Positions 28,504 through 38,820 of a stretch of 58,368 nucleotides of DNA are shown here, piece by piece (position 1 is the stretch's first letter; each line of letters opens with the position of its first letter). Source of the stretch: Fibrobacterota bacterium (GTDB lineage Bacteria > Fibrobacterota > Fibrobacteria > UBA11236); NCBI GenBank assembly GCA_043753995.1, contig JAYUVP010000043.1, positions 1-58,368 of the forward strand, read 5' to 3'. The translations under genes were made by a program, and so were the position numbers. The notes beneath the pieces are model-generated. The model was not told the origin of the DNA, searched no databases, and saw only the letters and a list, made by a program, of their open reading frames with translations.

Positions 28504-30858
28504 ATGAAATTGGATTTGAAATCGCCTTTAATAGCAGGAAAGCTAGGTTCGTCGATTCGGTTGATTCTAGTCTCGGTGGTCGTGAGCGCAGCCACGGGAT
28601 TGGCCGCCACCAAACCCTTGTTCTCGGATATGCTGGTGGCGGGCGGCTTAATCAATCCCACCTTGATGGCCACGGATCCCGATGGCCGAATTTTCATCAG
28701 CCAACAAAGCGGTCAAATTCGCGTCGTGAAAAATGGCGGGCTACTGGCAACCCCATTCCTCACCTTAAACGTGAATGCCATGGGTGAGAGAGGCGTTTTG
28801 GGCATAGCCTTTGATCCCGCATTTAGATCCAATCAATACGTCTATGTGTATTACACCACCGCGTCCATTCCGCACAACCGCTTAAGCCGCTTTACAGCGA
28901 ACGGGGATGTCGCCGCGCCGGGGGAGAGAATTTTGTTGGAATTGCCCACCTTGAGTTCGGCGACGAATCACAATGGCGGCGCTTTGACCTTTGGGCTGGA
29001 CGGCAAGCTGTATATAGCGGTAGGCGACAATGCCAACGGGGTCCATTCACAAGACATGGGTACAGTTTTCGGGAAAATCTTACGCATTAACCCGGACGGT
29101 TCTATTCCCAACGACAATCCATTTTATGGAAGCACCCTAGGAAACAATAGAGCCATTTGTGCCTTGGGACTCCGCAATCCCTACACCATGGCGATGCAGC
29201 CAATTTCAGGGCGAATGGTCATCAATGATGTGGGCCTAAACGCCTGGGAAGAGATTAACGATGGAATCCTAGGTGCCAATTATGGTTGGCCGCTCACAGA
29301 AGGACCCACCAATGACATTCGCTACAAATCGCCCTTATACTCCTATGATCATATTTCCGGTGGCTGTGCAATTATCGGCGGCGCCTTTTACAATCCTGTC
29401 GTCTCGGAATTCCCCGCAGAGTATTTGGGAAATTATTTCTTCGGGGACTATTGCTCCGGTTGGATAAGGAATATCAATTTTGCAACCGGCGTGGTTACCA
29501 ATTTCGCCACCGGCCTCGGGGCTATCAGCCATATAGGGATCGGCGATGATGGCGCGTTGTACTACTTGGATCGATATTCCGGATCCCTGCGCAAAATCAT
29601 TTATACCAACACTTCGGCTCCAAGAATTTCTCGGCAACCTACTGACAAAGTCGTGACTGTGGGTGACAGCGTTGTGTTCACGGTGGCTGCATCAGGTGCA
29701 CCCCCGCTTCAATACAAATGGCAGCGCAATGGGGTGGATGTCGCAGGCGCCAACGCAGCTTCCTATACCAAGCTCAATGCGCAATTAAGTGATCATGGTG
29801 CGCGATTCCGCTGTATCGTTTCCAATACATCAGGCAGTGACAGCAGTGATGAGGCTATGCTTTCGGTGAGTTCAAACCAACCACCCACGGCGTTAATCAC
29901 AAATCCCGTCCATAGAAGCCAATTCTACGCGGGACAGGTCATCGCTGTGGCCGGCGTCGGAATGGATGCCGAGGATGGAAATCTGGCCAACTCCGCCTAT
30001 ACCTGGGAGGTCAAGTTGTTTCACAACGACGGTCAAGAGCACTCGCATCCCTTTTACGGCCCGGTAAGCGGGATCAAATCGGGCAACTTAGCCATCCCCA
30101 CTCAAGGGGAAACTTCACCGAATATCTGGTTTCGGATTTACCTCACCGTGAAGGACAGCAGGGGATTTGAAGCGAGGGACTCCGTCGATATTCTTCCGCT
30201 AACGGTTACCATCACCTTGGGAAGTAGTCCCAGCGGTTTGGTTATCACCTTGGATGGTCAACCCCATATTACACCTTACACTTTTAACGGTGTCGTTGGA
30301 GCTTCCCGGTGGATAGGGGCGGTTTCTCCGCAGAGTATTGGAGCCCAATCCTGGTCCTTTCAATCCTGGCCAAACGGAAAAGCCCTTAACCATACGGTGT
30401 CGACCCCTGCGAGCAATACCGTATTTAACGCTGCATTTGCAATCACCGGAGCTTGGTCTTTTGAAAGCGAAGCCATTCCCACGACGGCCAATATTGCCCA
30501 ATGGGTGGACTATGATTTTCGTTACAGTTCCGGAAAAGCAACCAGGATTTTAAGCACTGGCCCAGGCCATTATTGCGAATGGTCTCTTCCCTGCCTAGCG
30601 GTAGGCCGCTACGACGTTACCGTCGTTTATCAGCGCTCAAACTCGAATGGCACCCTGCGCGGTGATTTCGACGGGGAAATCCTCGGACCAGATATGGATA
30701 TGAGTGGAACCGATTCGTTTCAAAGTGAGGCGCGACTGGGTCTGAAGGAGTTCACGTCGGCAGGAGAAAAAAAACTGCGCCTTACCGTAGTCGGCAAAAA
30801 TGCGGCCTCGACTGGCTACTCAATGAACATCGATAAAATTGTACTCACACCACAATAA
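28504..30858 (+). CDS. Secreted PQQ-dependent sugar dehydrogenase-like beta-propeller + Ig-like + PKD-like + C-terminal beta-sandwich
   Basis: GERGVLGIAFDP, NHNGG, GKILRIN, GLRNP, EEIN..GANYGWP; Ig I-set-like YKWQRNG; start uncertain. Confidence 0.88.
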   Translation: MKLDLKSPLIAGKLGSSIRLILVSVVVSAATGLAATKPLFSDMLVAGGLINPTLMATDPDGRIFISQQSGQIRVVKNGGLLATPFLTLNVNAMGERGVLGIAFDPAFRSNQYVYVYYTTASIPHNRLSRFTANGDVAAPGERILLELPTLSSATNHNGGALTFGLDGKLYIAVGDNANGVHSQDMGTVFGKILRINPDGSIPNDNPFYGSTLGNNRAICALGLRNPYTMAMQPISGRMVINDVGLNAWEEINDGILGANYGWPLTEGPTNDIRYKSPLYSYDHISGGCAIIGGAFYNPVVSEFPAEYLGNYFFGDYCSGWIRNINFATGVVTNFATGLGAISHIGIGDDGALYYLDRYSGSLRKIIYTNTSAPRISRQPTDKVVTVGDSVVFTVAASGAPPLQYKWQRNGVDVAGANAASYTKLNAQLSDHGARFRCIVSNTSGSDSSDEAMLSVSSNQPPTALITNPVHRSQFYAGQVIAVAGVGMDAEDGNLANSAYTWEVKLFHNDGQEHSHPFYGPVSGIKSGNLAIPTQGETSPNIWFRIYLTVKDSRGFEARDSVDILPLTVTITLGSSPSGLVITLDGQPHITPYTFNGVVGASRWIGAVSPQSIGAQSWSFQSWPNGKALNHTVSTPASNTVFNAAFAITGAWSFESEAIPTTANIAQWVDYDFRYSSGKATRILSTGPGHYCEWSLPCLAVGRYDVTVVYQRSNSNGTLRGDFDGEILGPDMDMSGTDSFQSEARLGLKEFTSAGEKKLRLTVVGKNAASTGYSMNIDKIVLTPQ

Positions 30859-30879
30859 TCATGAATGGTTGCTGAGGTT

Positions 30880-31299
30880 TTAATTCACTCTCAAGTACAA
30901 TAGCGCGTAAATTAGGGCTAGGCATAAAGCCACATTCGCCAAGCTATCGAGGCGGGTGAGGCGATGGCGCGCTGGCGAATAGCCTTCTCCAGCCACTAAC
31001 CGATTCTCAATCCAAACGGAAAGGGAGGCGGACAAAGCGATTTTCAAGGCCGTGGCCAATAGCGCGAGCACCGGCATGCCAGCCAAGGCCAACAAGGCCA
31101 AATAGGCCAGCGGCAAAAGGCCATAGGCGAAAAATCGGACTCCGCGTAAGGAAGCATTGGCGTCTTCGGCGGCCATTTCTGCGAAGCGAAGCGCCTTTAT
31201 TTCCATTTCGGCATGCGATGCTGTGAGTTGATAAACGCTCAATCCACCGAAAGCGACTATGGCCACGGCCGAGGCCTGAGCCCAAAAAAGATTCGCCAT
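30880..31299 (-). CDS. Hypothetical membrane protein
   Basis: About 4 hydrophobic segments; 6 nt downstream of rsgA. Confidence 0.7.
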   Translation of the reverse strand: MANLFWAQASAVAIVAFGGLSVYQLTASHAEMEIKALRFAEMAAEDANASLRGVRFFAYGLLPLAYLALLALAGMPVLALLATALKIALSASLSVWIENRLVAGEGYSPARHRLTRLDSLANVALCLALIYALLYLRVN

Positions 31300-31305
31300 G
31301 TTTGA

Positions 31306-32229
31306 TTAATGCTCGTTAGCCAAGGTTTCGAGAAGGCGCCGATAGGAGAGATAGCGCGCCTCGGGCAATTTCTTTTCCGCGACGGCCGTGGTTAAGGCAC
31401 AACCTTTTTCCCCCACATGCATGCAATCGCGAAATTGGCAGCGAGCGGCAAAATCACGAAAATCAATAAACAAGGAGGCGACATCACGCATTTCCAAGCC
31501 CCAGAACCCCAACTCGCGCAGGCCGGGCGTGTCGATAATGCAAAACCCTTCGGGGCCTTGATACAAATGGCTGGTCGTGGTGGTGTGCCGGCCCTTGCCG
31601 TCGCCCTGGCGCACTTCGCCGACACGGGGATCGGCTCCGGGAATGAGGGCGCGAATCAAGGAGGATTTACCGACGCCGCTAGAGCCAGAAAGCACCACAT
31701 TGAGCTGGCCTAAAATAGCGCGCAATTCATCCAGGCCATGGGCGGTTTTCACCGAGCAAGTCGCCAGGGGGTAACCCAGGTGTTTCAGGTAAAGCAGCTC
31801 TTCGGGGATTTCGGCCTGCAAGTCGGTTTTATTCAGGCATATAATGCTGTCAATGCCGAAGTGCTCGGCCAAGGCGAGATAGCGGTCGACTAAACGAGGA
31901 TTGAAATCGGGACGCTCCGGCGTGGTGACGATGACCAGGGCGTCGACATTGGCGGCTAGCACATGCTCTTCGTGACGACGCTCGCCCGGACCAGGCCTGG
32001 CAATGCGCGATCGACGCGGAAGTATGGCGGTGATGAGGGGTTCTTGGCTGGGCGATCCCGGATAAAAGGCCACCCTGTCGCCCACAGCGAATTGGGCAAA
32101 AGGCTTGATGTCTATGGTGGGACTATAAGCGCAATGCCATTCCACGCCATGATCATCGCGCACCGTCGCGGTGCGGCGTTGCACCTCAATCAATATCCCC
32201 AGGGATGTGGCCAGTGCCGCTTCGCTCAT
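31306..32229 (-). CDS. rsgA: Ribosome small subunit-dependent GTPase A
   Basis: NKTD, GSSGVGKSS, GRHTTT, DTPG, CQFRDCMH...C zinc finger. Confidence 0.95.
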   Translation of the reverse strand: MSEAALATSLGILIEVQRRTATVRDDHGVEWHCAYSPTIDIKPFAQFAVGDRVAFYPGSPSQEPLITAILPRRSRIARPGPGERRHEEHVLAANVDALVIVTTPERPDFNPRLVDRYLALAEHFGIDSIICLNKTDLQAEIPEELLYLKHLGYPLATCSVKTAHGLDELRAILGQLNVVLSGSSGVGKSSLIRALIPGADPRVGEVRQGDGKGRHTTTTSHLYQGPEGFCIIDTPGLRELGFWGLEMRDVASLFIDFRDFAARCQFRDCMHVGEKGCALTTAVAEKKLPEARYLSYRRLLETLANEH

Positions 32230-32239
32230 CGAACCCTAT

Positions 32240-34264
32240 TTAACTCTGAAGTCGGCTTTCCAGGGTTTCCCACTCGGAGAAGAGAGCAGCCAATGCGGCC
32301 TCGCACTCTTGCTTCTCGCGCGCCACCTTTTGCGCCTCTACGGGATTGGCATAGACTTCTTCCCGGGCGAAAGCGGCATTGAGATCGAAAATTCGGCCTT
32401 CGGTTTTAGCTATGGTAGCCAAAACTTCTTCGCGACGCTTTTCATCGCGACGGCGCAAACGCTCGGCTTCTTTGCGGGTCTCGTAGCTCATTTGGCTAGG
32501 CGCAGCAGGCTCGGGGGCGGAAGCAGGCTTCGCAGGTGCGGGCTTCGGAGTCGCAGGTGTCGGTGCGGCCACGGGAGTAGGCGCGGGTTTGCGATCCACG
32601 GCAGCCAATCCGCTCCGAGTGCCACGGGTTTTCGCGTCGCCTTCGGCTTCACCCTTGGCTTCACGGCGGTCGGAATCGAGCTTGCTGAGATAATAATCCC
32701 AGCCGCCGGGATATTCGGTAATGCGGCCCGCACGCACCTGGATGACGCGCGTGGCAATGCTCTCGACGAATTCGCGATCATGGGAAACGAAAATCACCGT
32801 GCCCGAAAAATCATCGAGGGCTTGCAGCAACAAATCTTTGGAAACCACGTCTAAGTGATTGGTGGGTTCATCAAGCACCAAAACATTGCAGGCTTGCATG
32901 AGAAGACGGCAAAGACGCAGACGCGAACGCTCACCTCCGGATAAAACTCCGAATTTTTTGAAAGCCTCATCGTCGCTGAAAAGCATGGCTCCCAAAAGAT
33001 TGCGCACAAGCAAGTCATTGGCCGTGGGGCTGCAATTGCGCAGCCAGTCGATCAAGTTCAATTCACGTTCTTGATCGGTGGGCTCTTCATATTGGGCGAA
33101 ATAACCGACTTGAACATTGTAGCCGGTGCGTACTTCGCCTAGCGTCGGCTTTTCAATATTGAGCAAGGTTCGCAATAAGGTGGACTTGCCCGCGCCATTG
33201 GGGCCAGTGAGCACGCAGCGATCGCCCGCACGAATGGCAAAACCCCCGTCACGGAAAATCTCGCGGTCGCCATAAGTCTTGCCAACGCCCTCGGCCTCGA
33301 AAACAAAGGCTCCTGAGGCAGGAGCTTCGGGAAAGCGCAAGCGAATGTGGGCAACCTGGGAGTCGAGCACGATGCGGTCTATGCGATCGATTTGCTTTTG
33401 CTTGCTCTGGGCCTGGGTGGCCTTGCTGGCCTTGGCCTTGAAGCGAGCCACGAAGCGCTCAAGCTTTTCGATTTCGTCTTGCTGACGCGAAAAAGCCTTG
33501 AGTTTTTGTGCCGCACGCAAGGCACGCTCGTCCTCATAAGCCTCATAGGGCAAGGGATAAATGACGGCCTGGCCGCCTTCGAGTTCAATGAGCCGCTCAC
33601 AAGTGCGATCGACGAAACGGCGATCATGCGAAATGAGTATGAGGCTGCCGCGATGGGCACGCAGCCATTCTTCCAACCACAGTATCGACTCGAGATCGAG
33701 ATGATTGGTGGGCTCATCCAGGAAAAGCACGCTCGGCTTCAGCAATAAGACGCGCGCCAGGGAAACCCGCATTTGCCAGCCACCCGAGAGCTTGGCCATA
33801 GGCTTGTCTTGCTCTTCGGCATCAAAGCCCAAGCCCGCTAAAATCGTACGCGTTTCACTTTCGGCGGTGTAATAGCCGCCGCGCAATAATTCATCTTGCA
33901 AATGATCGAGGCGTTCTAATTCCGCCTCAGAGACATCGCGTTCGCCCATGACCTCATGAAGCAATTCCAATTCCTTGGCCTTGTCCATCACGTCGGAGAA
34001 GGCATGCAAGGCGGCTTCGAAAGCCGTGGCCCCCACCATGTTTTCAGGATGCTGCCGGAGAAAGCCGATACGCACATCACTGGAGCGGATGATTTGTCCA
34101 CCGTCAGGTTGAATTTCCCCTGCCAGCATTTTCAGTAAAGTTGTTTTGCCGGTGCCATTACGGCCCGCTAAGCAAAGGCGATCGCGATCGCCCAATTGAA
34201 AGGAGAGGCCGCGGAACAAATCCCTCGCCCCGAAAGCCAAACCCAGTTCACGCACATCAATCAT
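32240..34264 (-). CDS. ABC-F family ATPase
   Basis: Two ABC cassettes (GRNGTGKTT/LSGGW/LDEPTNHLD and GPNGAGKST/LSGGE), KATQAQS linker, C-terminal coiled coil. Confidence 0.95.
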   Translation of the reverse strand: MIDVRELGLAFGARDLFRGLSFQLGDRDRLCLAGRNGTGKTTLLKMLAGEIQPDGGQIIRSSDVRIGFLRQHPENMVGATAFEAALHAFSDVMDKAKELELLHEVMGERDVSEAELERLDHLQDELLRGGYYTAESETRTILAGLGFDAEEQDKPMAKLSGGWQMRVSLARVLLLKPSVLFLDEPTNHLDLESILWLEEWLRAHRGSLILISHDRRFVDRTCERLIELEGGQAVIYPLPYEAYEDERALRAAQKLKAFSRQQDEIEKLERFVARFKAKASKATQAQSKQKQIDRIDRIVLDSQVAHIRLRFPEAPASGAFVFEAEGVGKTYGDREIFRDGGFAIRAGDRCVLTGPNGAGKSTLLRTLLNIEKPTLGEVRTGYNVQVGYFAQYEEPTDQERELNLIDWLRNCSPTANDLLVRNLLGAMLFSDDEAFKKFGVLSGGERSRLRLCRLLMQACNVLVLDEPTNHLDVVSKDLLLQALDDFSGTVIFVSHDREFVESIATRVIQVRAGRITEYPGGWDYYLSKLDSDRREAKGEAEGDAKTRGTRSGLAAVDRKPAPTPVAAPTPATPKPAPAKPASAPEPAAPSQMSYETRKEAERLRRRDEKRREEVLATIAKTEGRIFDLNAAFAREEVYANPVEAQKVAREKQECEAALAALFSEWETLESRLQS

Positions 34265-34312
34265 GGGGGTGGAAAGGTAATGGCTCCGATGCGATACGAT
34301 TACCATTTGCTC

Positions 34313-35227
34313 ATGTTACGGGCGAAGTTCTCAACGCAAGTGCCGCAAGCTTCTCGAAAAGGGCCCCCTTGGGCGAGCCTAGGTAAGAGCCTTTTACGCC
34401 TTTTGCGCCCGGGAAATGCCCTGATTGCCGGTGCTGGCGTCCTAGTGGGGGCTGCTTGCCTGCCCGGCCCCATGCCCTGGGGCCTTGCCCTGCTTGGCTT
34501 TGGCATCATGGCCGCCTTGGCCGCGGGCGGCAATGCGGAAAACGATGTTTGCGATTTGACCATTGACAGACGCAATCGCCCCGACCGCCCCTTGCCCTCG
34601 GGAGCCGTCACGTCTCGCCAAGCCTTGGTGTCGGCCTATGCCCTTTACTCCCTGGCCCTGGCGGCCTCGTGGTTCGTATCGCCCACCCATGCCTTGCTGG
34701 TGGCCGGAATGATAGTCCTGCTCATCGCCTACAATCGTCTGCTCAAACGCCTCCCTCTCTGGGGTAACTTGGCGGTTTCCCTGCTTTGCGCCTTGGCCTT
34801 GATATTCACGGAATGGCCGGCTTGGCCGAAGGCCACGGCGATAGCCGCAGGTTTTGCCTTCCTCACCACTCTTTTGCGCGAAATTCTGAAAGACATTGAA
34901 GACATGCCTGGGGACGGCGAAAACGGATTGCGAACGGCGCCCTTGGTGTTTGGAGTACCCAAGACTAAGGCTATGGCCACGGCCCTATGCCTGCTGATTT
35001 TACTGCTTTTGCCATTGCCCCTTGCCCTAGGCTGGACTCGTCTTTATGGCATGCTGGCTTTGATGGGACCGGCTCCGCTTTTGCTCGGTATCGGATTGAA
35101 ATTGACCAAGCCGACCCTATCCCCTGCCGAAGCCGGAGTTTTGCAGAGACGCGTCAAATGGGTGATGCTAGCAGGATTGGTGGCCCTATTGGCCGGAGCA
35201 TTAGCGCAAAAATTCGCCAATCAATAG
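34313..35227 (+). CDS. UbiA-family prenyltransferase, DGGGP-synthase-like; start uncertain
   Basis: LRPGN, NDVCDLTIDRRNRPDRPLPSG, LKRLPLWGN, REILKDIEDMPGD. Confidence 0.85.
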   Translation: MLRAKFSTQVPQASRKGPPWASLGKSLLRLLRPGNALIAGAGVLVGAACLPGPMPWGLALLGFGIMAALAAGGNAENDVCDLTIDRRNRPDRPLPSGAVTSRQALVSAYALYSLALAASWFVSPTHALLVAGMIVLLIAYNRLLKRLPLWGNLAVSLLCALALIFTEWPAWPKATAIAAGFAFLTTLLREILKDIEDMPGDGENGLRTAPLVFGVPKTKAMATALCLLILLLLPLPLALGWTRLYGMLALMGPAPLLLGIGLKLTKPTLSPAEAGVLQRRVKWVMLAGLVALLAGALAQKFANQ

Positions 35228-36162
35228 GTCAATTCCAAGCTCATATAGTGACCCGCATCAAGATTGACATGGCCTTCAAAGGCATATTGCAGTCGAAAAT
35301 GGGACCAAGCTAAAGCCAAACCCGCCGTAAGCGCGGCATGCGGAGCGGCAAAGGGATAACCTGCCCGCAAGGTCGCCATCTTATTCCACGTGACTTCGAG
35401 GCCAGCGGGATAGGTGATTTCCTCGTCATTGCGGGTGCGGGCATCCACGGCTAAAGCGGCAATGAAGCTTTGCGGTAAATCCTGGGTCCAGGCTAATCCC
35501 GCCTGCATTGCCGTGGGAGGAAATGGGGATTCTCCCCCGTCATACAACGCATCACTACCGCCGAAATCGGCATTGGTAGCCGCCGCTCCCAAGGACAGGC
35601 CGCGCCAAAGAACATAGCGGGCGCCAAGGCTGAGTAGACCGGTGGAATAGGAGGCTTCGGCTATATGATTTTGCGCAAAGCCTAAGCCTATGCCGAGGTT
35701 GAGGCCTCGCCAAGCCAGGGCATAGCCGGCCTGGGCCTTCCAGGTATGGGCGGTATAGCTCGTAGTCGCGACATCGTTTTCGTTATGACCCTCAATGGGA
35801 TCGAATCCAAGATATCGAGCCCCCAACCATAAACGCGATTCACCTAAGGGCAAGGTCACCCCGACATGGGTGGCTTTCGCGCCGAATTGCTGGGAAGGCA
35901 GTCCATAGCCCAGCGAGACGCGACCGCCGTCTTGGGCCACCGAGGCGGGATTGCTTTCGGCCTCGCCGCCACCATCCCACAGGGCAATGCCAGCACCAGC
36001 TAAAGCTGTAATGCGAGGCGATAAGGCGAGTTTTAAGAATTGATAGCTGGCTTCGCCATAAGCCCGATCGGTTTCAAGTGCTTGAGCTTGATGCCCAAGG
36101 CCGAAAATGCCTAGGAGGAAGAAGGCCGAGGTCCACCGTGCGGTAAGCGCCTTAGAAATCAT
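35221..36162 (-). CDS. PorV/FadL-like outer-membrane barrel
   Basis: FLKLALSPRITALAGAG, NPA, LRAGY, terminal Y. Confidence 0.75.
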   Translation of the reverse strand: MISKALTARWTSAFFLLGIFGLGHQAQALETDRAYGEASYQFLKLALSPRITALAGAGIALWDGGGEAESNPASVAQDGGRVSLGYGLPSQQFGAKATHVGVTLPLGESRLWLGARYLGFDPIEGHNENDVATTSYTAHTWKAQAGYALAWRGLNLGIGLGFAQNHIAEASYSTGLLSLGARYVLWRGLSLGAAATNADFGGSDALYDGGESPFPPTAMQAGLAWTQDLPQSFIAALAVDARTRNDEEITYPAGLEVTWNKMATLRAGYPFAAPHAALTAGLALAWSHFRLQYAFEGHVNLDAGHYMSLELTY

Positions 36163-37177
36163 AACGGAATCCTACTGCCATTGGATTTACCGTCCACACT
36201 TCGCGCTCCAAGGTGATGGCATAGTCGAAGCGAACCGGGCGGCGGCGAAAGCGAAAGGTATAGCCGAATCCCGCAGAGACATTGAGCCCATCCATACCGG
36301 TGCGTACCCGCAAATCAGGCCAAGCCTCCCATTCACCGCCAATGCGCACGCGCTGCGTGTGAAAATTCGCATCGAGCGAATACAAAGCGGGCTTGAGCTG
36401 ATAGTCGAGAATTTCCAGCGATAACTCGGCGGGCCTACCCGCCAAGGAATCGGTATAGGTGCCTGCCACAACCAAGGTCTTCGGCCAGAAATCGCTGGAG
36501 GTACGAGCAAAACCACCGGCATTTTCTTCGCCCAGAGTCACCTGATCAAAGCCAGCATTCAAATCGGCATCAATACCAAGATTGCGAATCACCACGGCCG
36601 AGCGCAAATGCTCGCCGAAACGCCTATACCAGCCGAGATTGACGAAGCCAATGGTATTGACATCCCCCACTCCATCGCCCACATCCAGGTATTGCGAATA
36701 CCAGCCAACGCTGACGCCGAAGGCATTGCTACGCGAGGTTCGCAAACCCAAGCCGAGATAGGCGGCCAGGGCCTGAGGACGCGCCGTGCCTATGGGCCTT
36801 TCATCGGCATCATAAGCAGCCACATCGAAATCCCCTCGATGCAAAACTCCGAGACCATAACCCAAATTGCCAGCAGCGCGGCCTTGCACCGAGGCAAATC
36901 CACCCACGCGATCGGCGGTACGAATATCGGTACCTAAGGCAATTTGAGTGCGGCGCATGAAACCCAGCACGGCGGGATTCCAATAGGCGGCGGGAGCGGC
37001 GTCTTCTAAAGCTGTGCCGGTATTGCCGCGTCCTAATTCACGAATGCCGCCGCCCATGCGGTCGAGCCAACCTTCGTGAGCACCGAGCACCTCTTCGGAA
37101 GAAGCGCTTAGGTCAGGAATAGCGGCGAAAAACAAGCCCGCCATCAGGGCCGGAAAAAAGCGGAAATCCATTTTCAT
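36152..37177 (-). CDS. PorV/FadL-like outer-membrane barrel (paralog)
   Basis: GGGIRELGRGNTGTA...AYWNPA, terminal YDF. Confidence 0.75.
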   Translation of the reverse strand: MKMDFRFFPALMAGLFFAAIPDLSASSEEVLGAHEGWLDRMGGGIRELGRGNTGTALEDAAPAAYWNPAVLGFMRRTQIALGTDIRTADRVGGFASVQGRAAGNLGYGLGVLHRGDFDVAAYDADERPIGTARPQALAAYLGLGLRTSRSNAFGVSVGWYSQYLDVGDGVGDVNTIGFVNLGWYRRFGEHLRSAVVIRNLGIDADLNAGFDQVTLGEENAGGFARTSSDFWPKTLVVAGTYTDSLAGRPAELSLEILDYQLKPALYSLDANFHTQRVRIGGEWEAWPDLRVRTGMDGLNVSAGFGYTFRFRRRPVRFDYAITLEREVWTVNPMAVGFRYDF

Positions 37178-38808
37178 TGGCGACCTGCCACAGCCAAAAT
37201 CTTCCCCCAGCCGCCTTCTCCCGAACTGCTTTCCACGCGGACATAATAGGTGCCCACCGAAACCATGCGCCCGCTTTTATCCAAACCATCCCAACGATCT
37301 TCAAGGCTGACTTCGCTGCGACTGCCTCCGCCCTTGCGAGGTGCATTGCTCACCAGGACGCGGACTTTTTCCATGGCATAGTTGTAAAGGGTGATGGTGA
37401 CCTTGCCGTCCTTTTTTAATCGATATCCGATATGCACATAATCGGGATGGCCATCGGGACGCGCGGCGGTGAATAAGGTGGGAAAGGTGATGACTTCAGT
37501 AAGCTCATTCTTCAGGTCTTTTTGGCGGGTGATGTTTTTCCAAGTCTTTCCCGCACCGAGCGGCAAGTAAAAAAGTCCCTTGGCTGTGCTTCCTGCCACG
37601 ATCATTTTCTGCCGACCCGAGGCCACCGAAACCAATTGGGTGAAACGTCCTTCGCCGGGCAATACCGCGAGGCTATCCGAAACATCCAGCAAAATGTCGC
37701 CGGGATCGGCGGGTTCGCCTTTGGCGAGATCATTGCCCAGCACACTGTCGCCGGCAAATAGCACCAAGCCCGGTTTATCGAGATTGAAATTCACGAAGGT
37801 GGTGTCCCCTGAAATCAAGGCCTCAGGAATAGCATTGAATCCTTGCAAGTCGGAAGGATGAGTCAAACCCGAGCGATTGGGAGGCACATGAAAGGACTGG
37901 CCTCTATCCAAGCTCACCGCATAGCGCCCCGTACTGAAAGCCCAAATGCGGCCCAGGCGGCTGTCTATCACGATGCGGCCCACCTTGAATGCAATGCTGT
38001 CGGCGACGCCAGGAAAGGAAACCTGGGTCACTTGCTTGCTACCCAAGCGCATTTTCCAAAGCCCGCGGGTGGTGCCCATCCAAAGCCAAGCGGTGTCGGG
38101 AGCCATGCTGTCTATGGCCAAAGCCAAAATGCTTTCGGGAAAGCCTTGGCTTTCGATAAAGGTGTCCAAACTATCGACGATGCAGGTCTCGCCACCCAAG
38201 GCACAATTCAGGCTATTCACCAAAGTGTCCTGGCGCGGCACCAAGGCTTGGAATTGCAATTTTTTTTGATCGGAAAGGCCTTGGCCTTCGGGCTTTAAAA
38301 CCCAGGCGGCTAAGCCCGCCGGACCCGCTGCCACAAATGCGGTGTCTTTCCAAAGGGCTAAGCCCGTCAAACCCTCGATGACGGGAGCAGAGACGCCACC
38401 CGTCTTTTTGGATTTATTGCGTTTGAATTCGAGCGAGTCGGCATCACGGCGATTCGAACGATCGAGATTTAAAAGTCCGGTGACCCATACGCTTTCGGAA
38501 CTGGCAGAATGAAATCGCAAAAGGGCTGAGTGCGAGCGCCCGACACCGCCATCCACGCCGGGCAATGAACTGGTTGGCGTCTCGGCATAAGTTTTAATCT
38601 CGACGGGATTGGCAAAAAGATCCAATCCGCTATAGCTGCGACCGCTATCCGCGAAAGCCCACACATAATACCCGTCGCTAACCAAGGCATGAATGCCTTT
38701 GGCAATCAAAGGATCGCTTTGAGCCAAGGCCGAAGACAGGCCAGCCAAAGCCAGTAAACTAGCGGAAATCCAAGGGGCGGGGACAAGCATAGGCGGGCTA
38801 AAGTACAA
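37174..38808 (-). CDS. Exported beta-propeller-like protein with C-terminal FlgD-Ig/T9SS-CTD-like domain
   Basis: Signal peptide; YRLKKDGKVTITLYN...WDGLDKSGRMVSVGTYYVRV. Confidence 0.75.
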   Translation of the reverse strand: MYFSPPMLVPAPWISASLLALAGLSSALAQSDPLIAKGIHALVSDGYYVWAFADSGRSYSGLDLFANPVEIKTYAETPTSSLPGVDGGVGRSHSALLRFHSASSESVWVTGLLNLDRSNRRDADSLEFKRNKSKKTGGVSAPVIEGLTGLALWKDTAFVAAGPAGLAAWVLKPEGQGLSDQKKLQFQALVPRQDTLVNSLNCALGGETCIVDSLDTFIESQGFPESILALAIDSMAPDTAWLWMGTTRGLWKMRLGSKQVTQVSFPGVADSIAFKVGRIVIDSRLGRIWAFSTGRYAVSLDRGQSFHVPPNRSGLTHPSDLQGFNAIPEALISGDTTFVNFNLDKPGLVLFAGDSVLGNDLAKGEPADPGDILLDVSDSLAVLPGEGRFTQLVSVASGRQKMIVAGSTAKGLFYLPLGAGKTWKNITRQKDLKNELTEVITFPTLFTAARPDGHPDYVHIGYRLKKDGKVTITLYNYAMEKVRVLVSNAPRKGGGSRSEVSLEDRWDGLDKSGRMVSVGTYYVRVESSSGEGGWGKILAVAGRQ

Positions 38809-38820
38809 AGCGGGAGGGCG

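Noticed and set aside
26462..30858. Genomic island integrated at tRNA-Leu
   Set aside because: No integrase or duplicated tRNA 3' end found; the next gene is housekeeping gmhB
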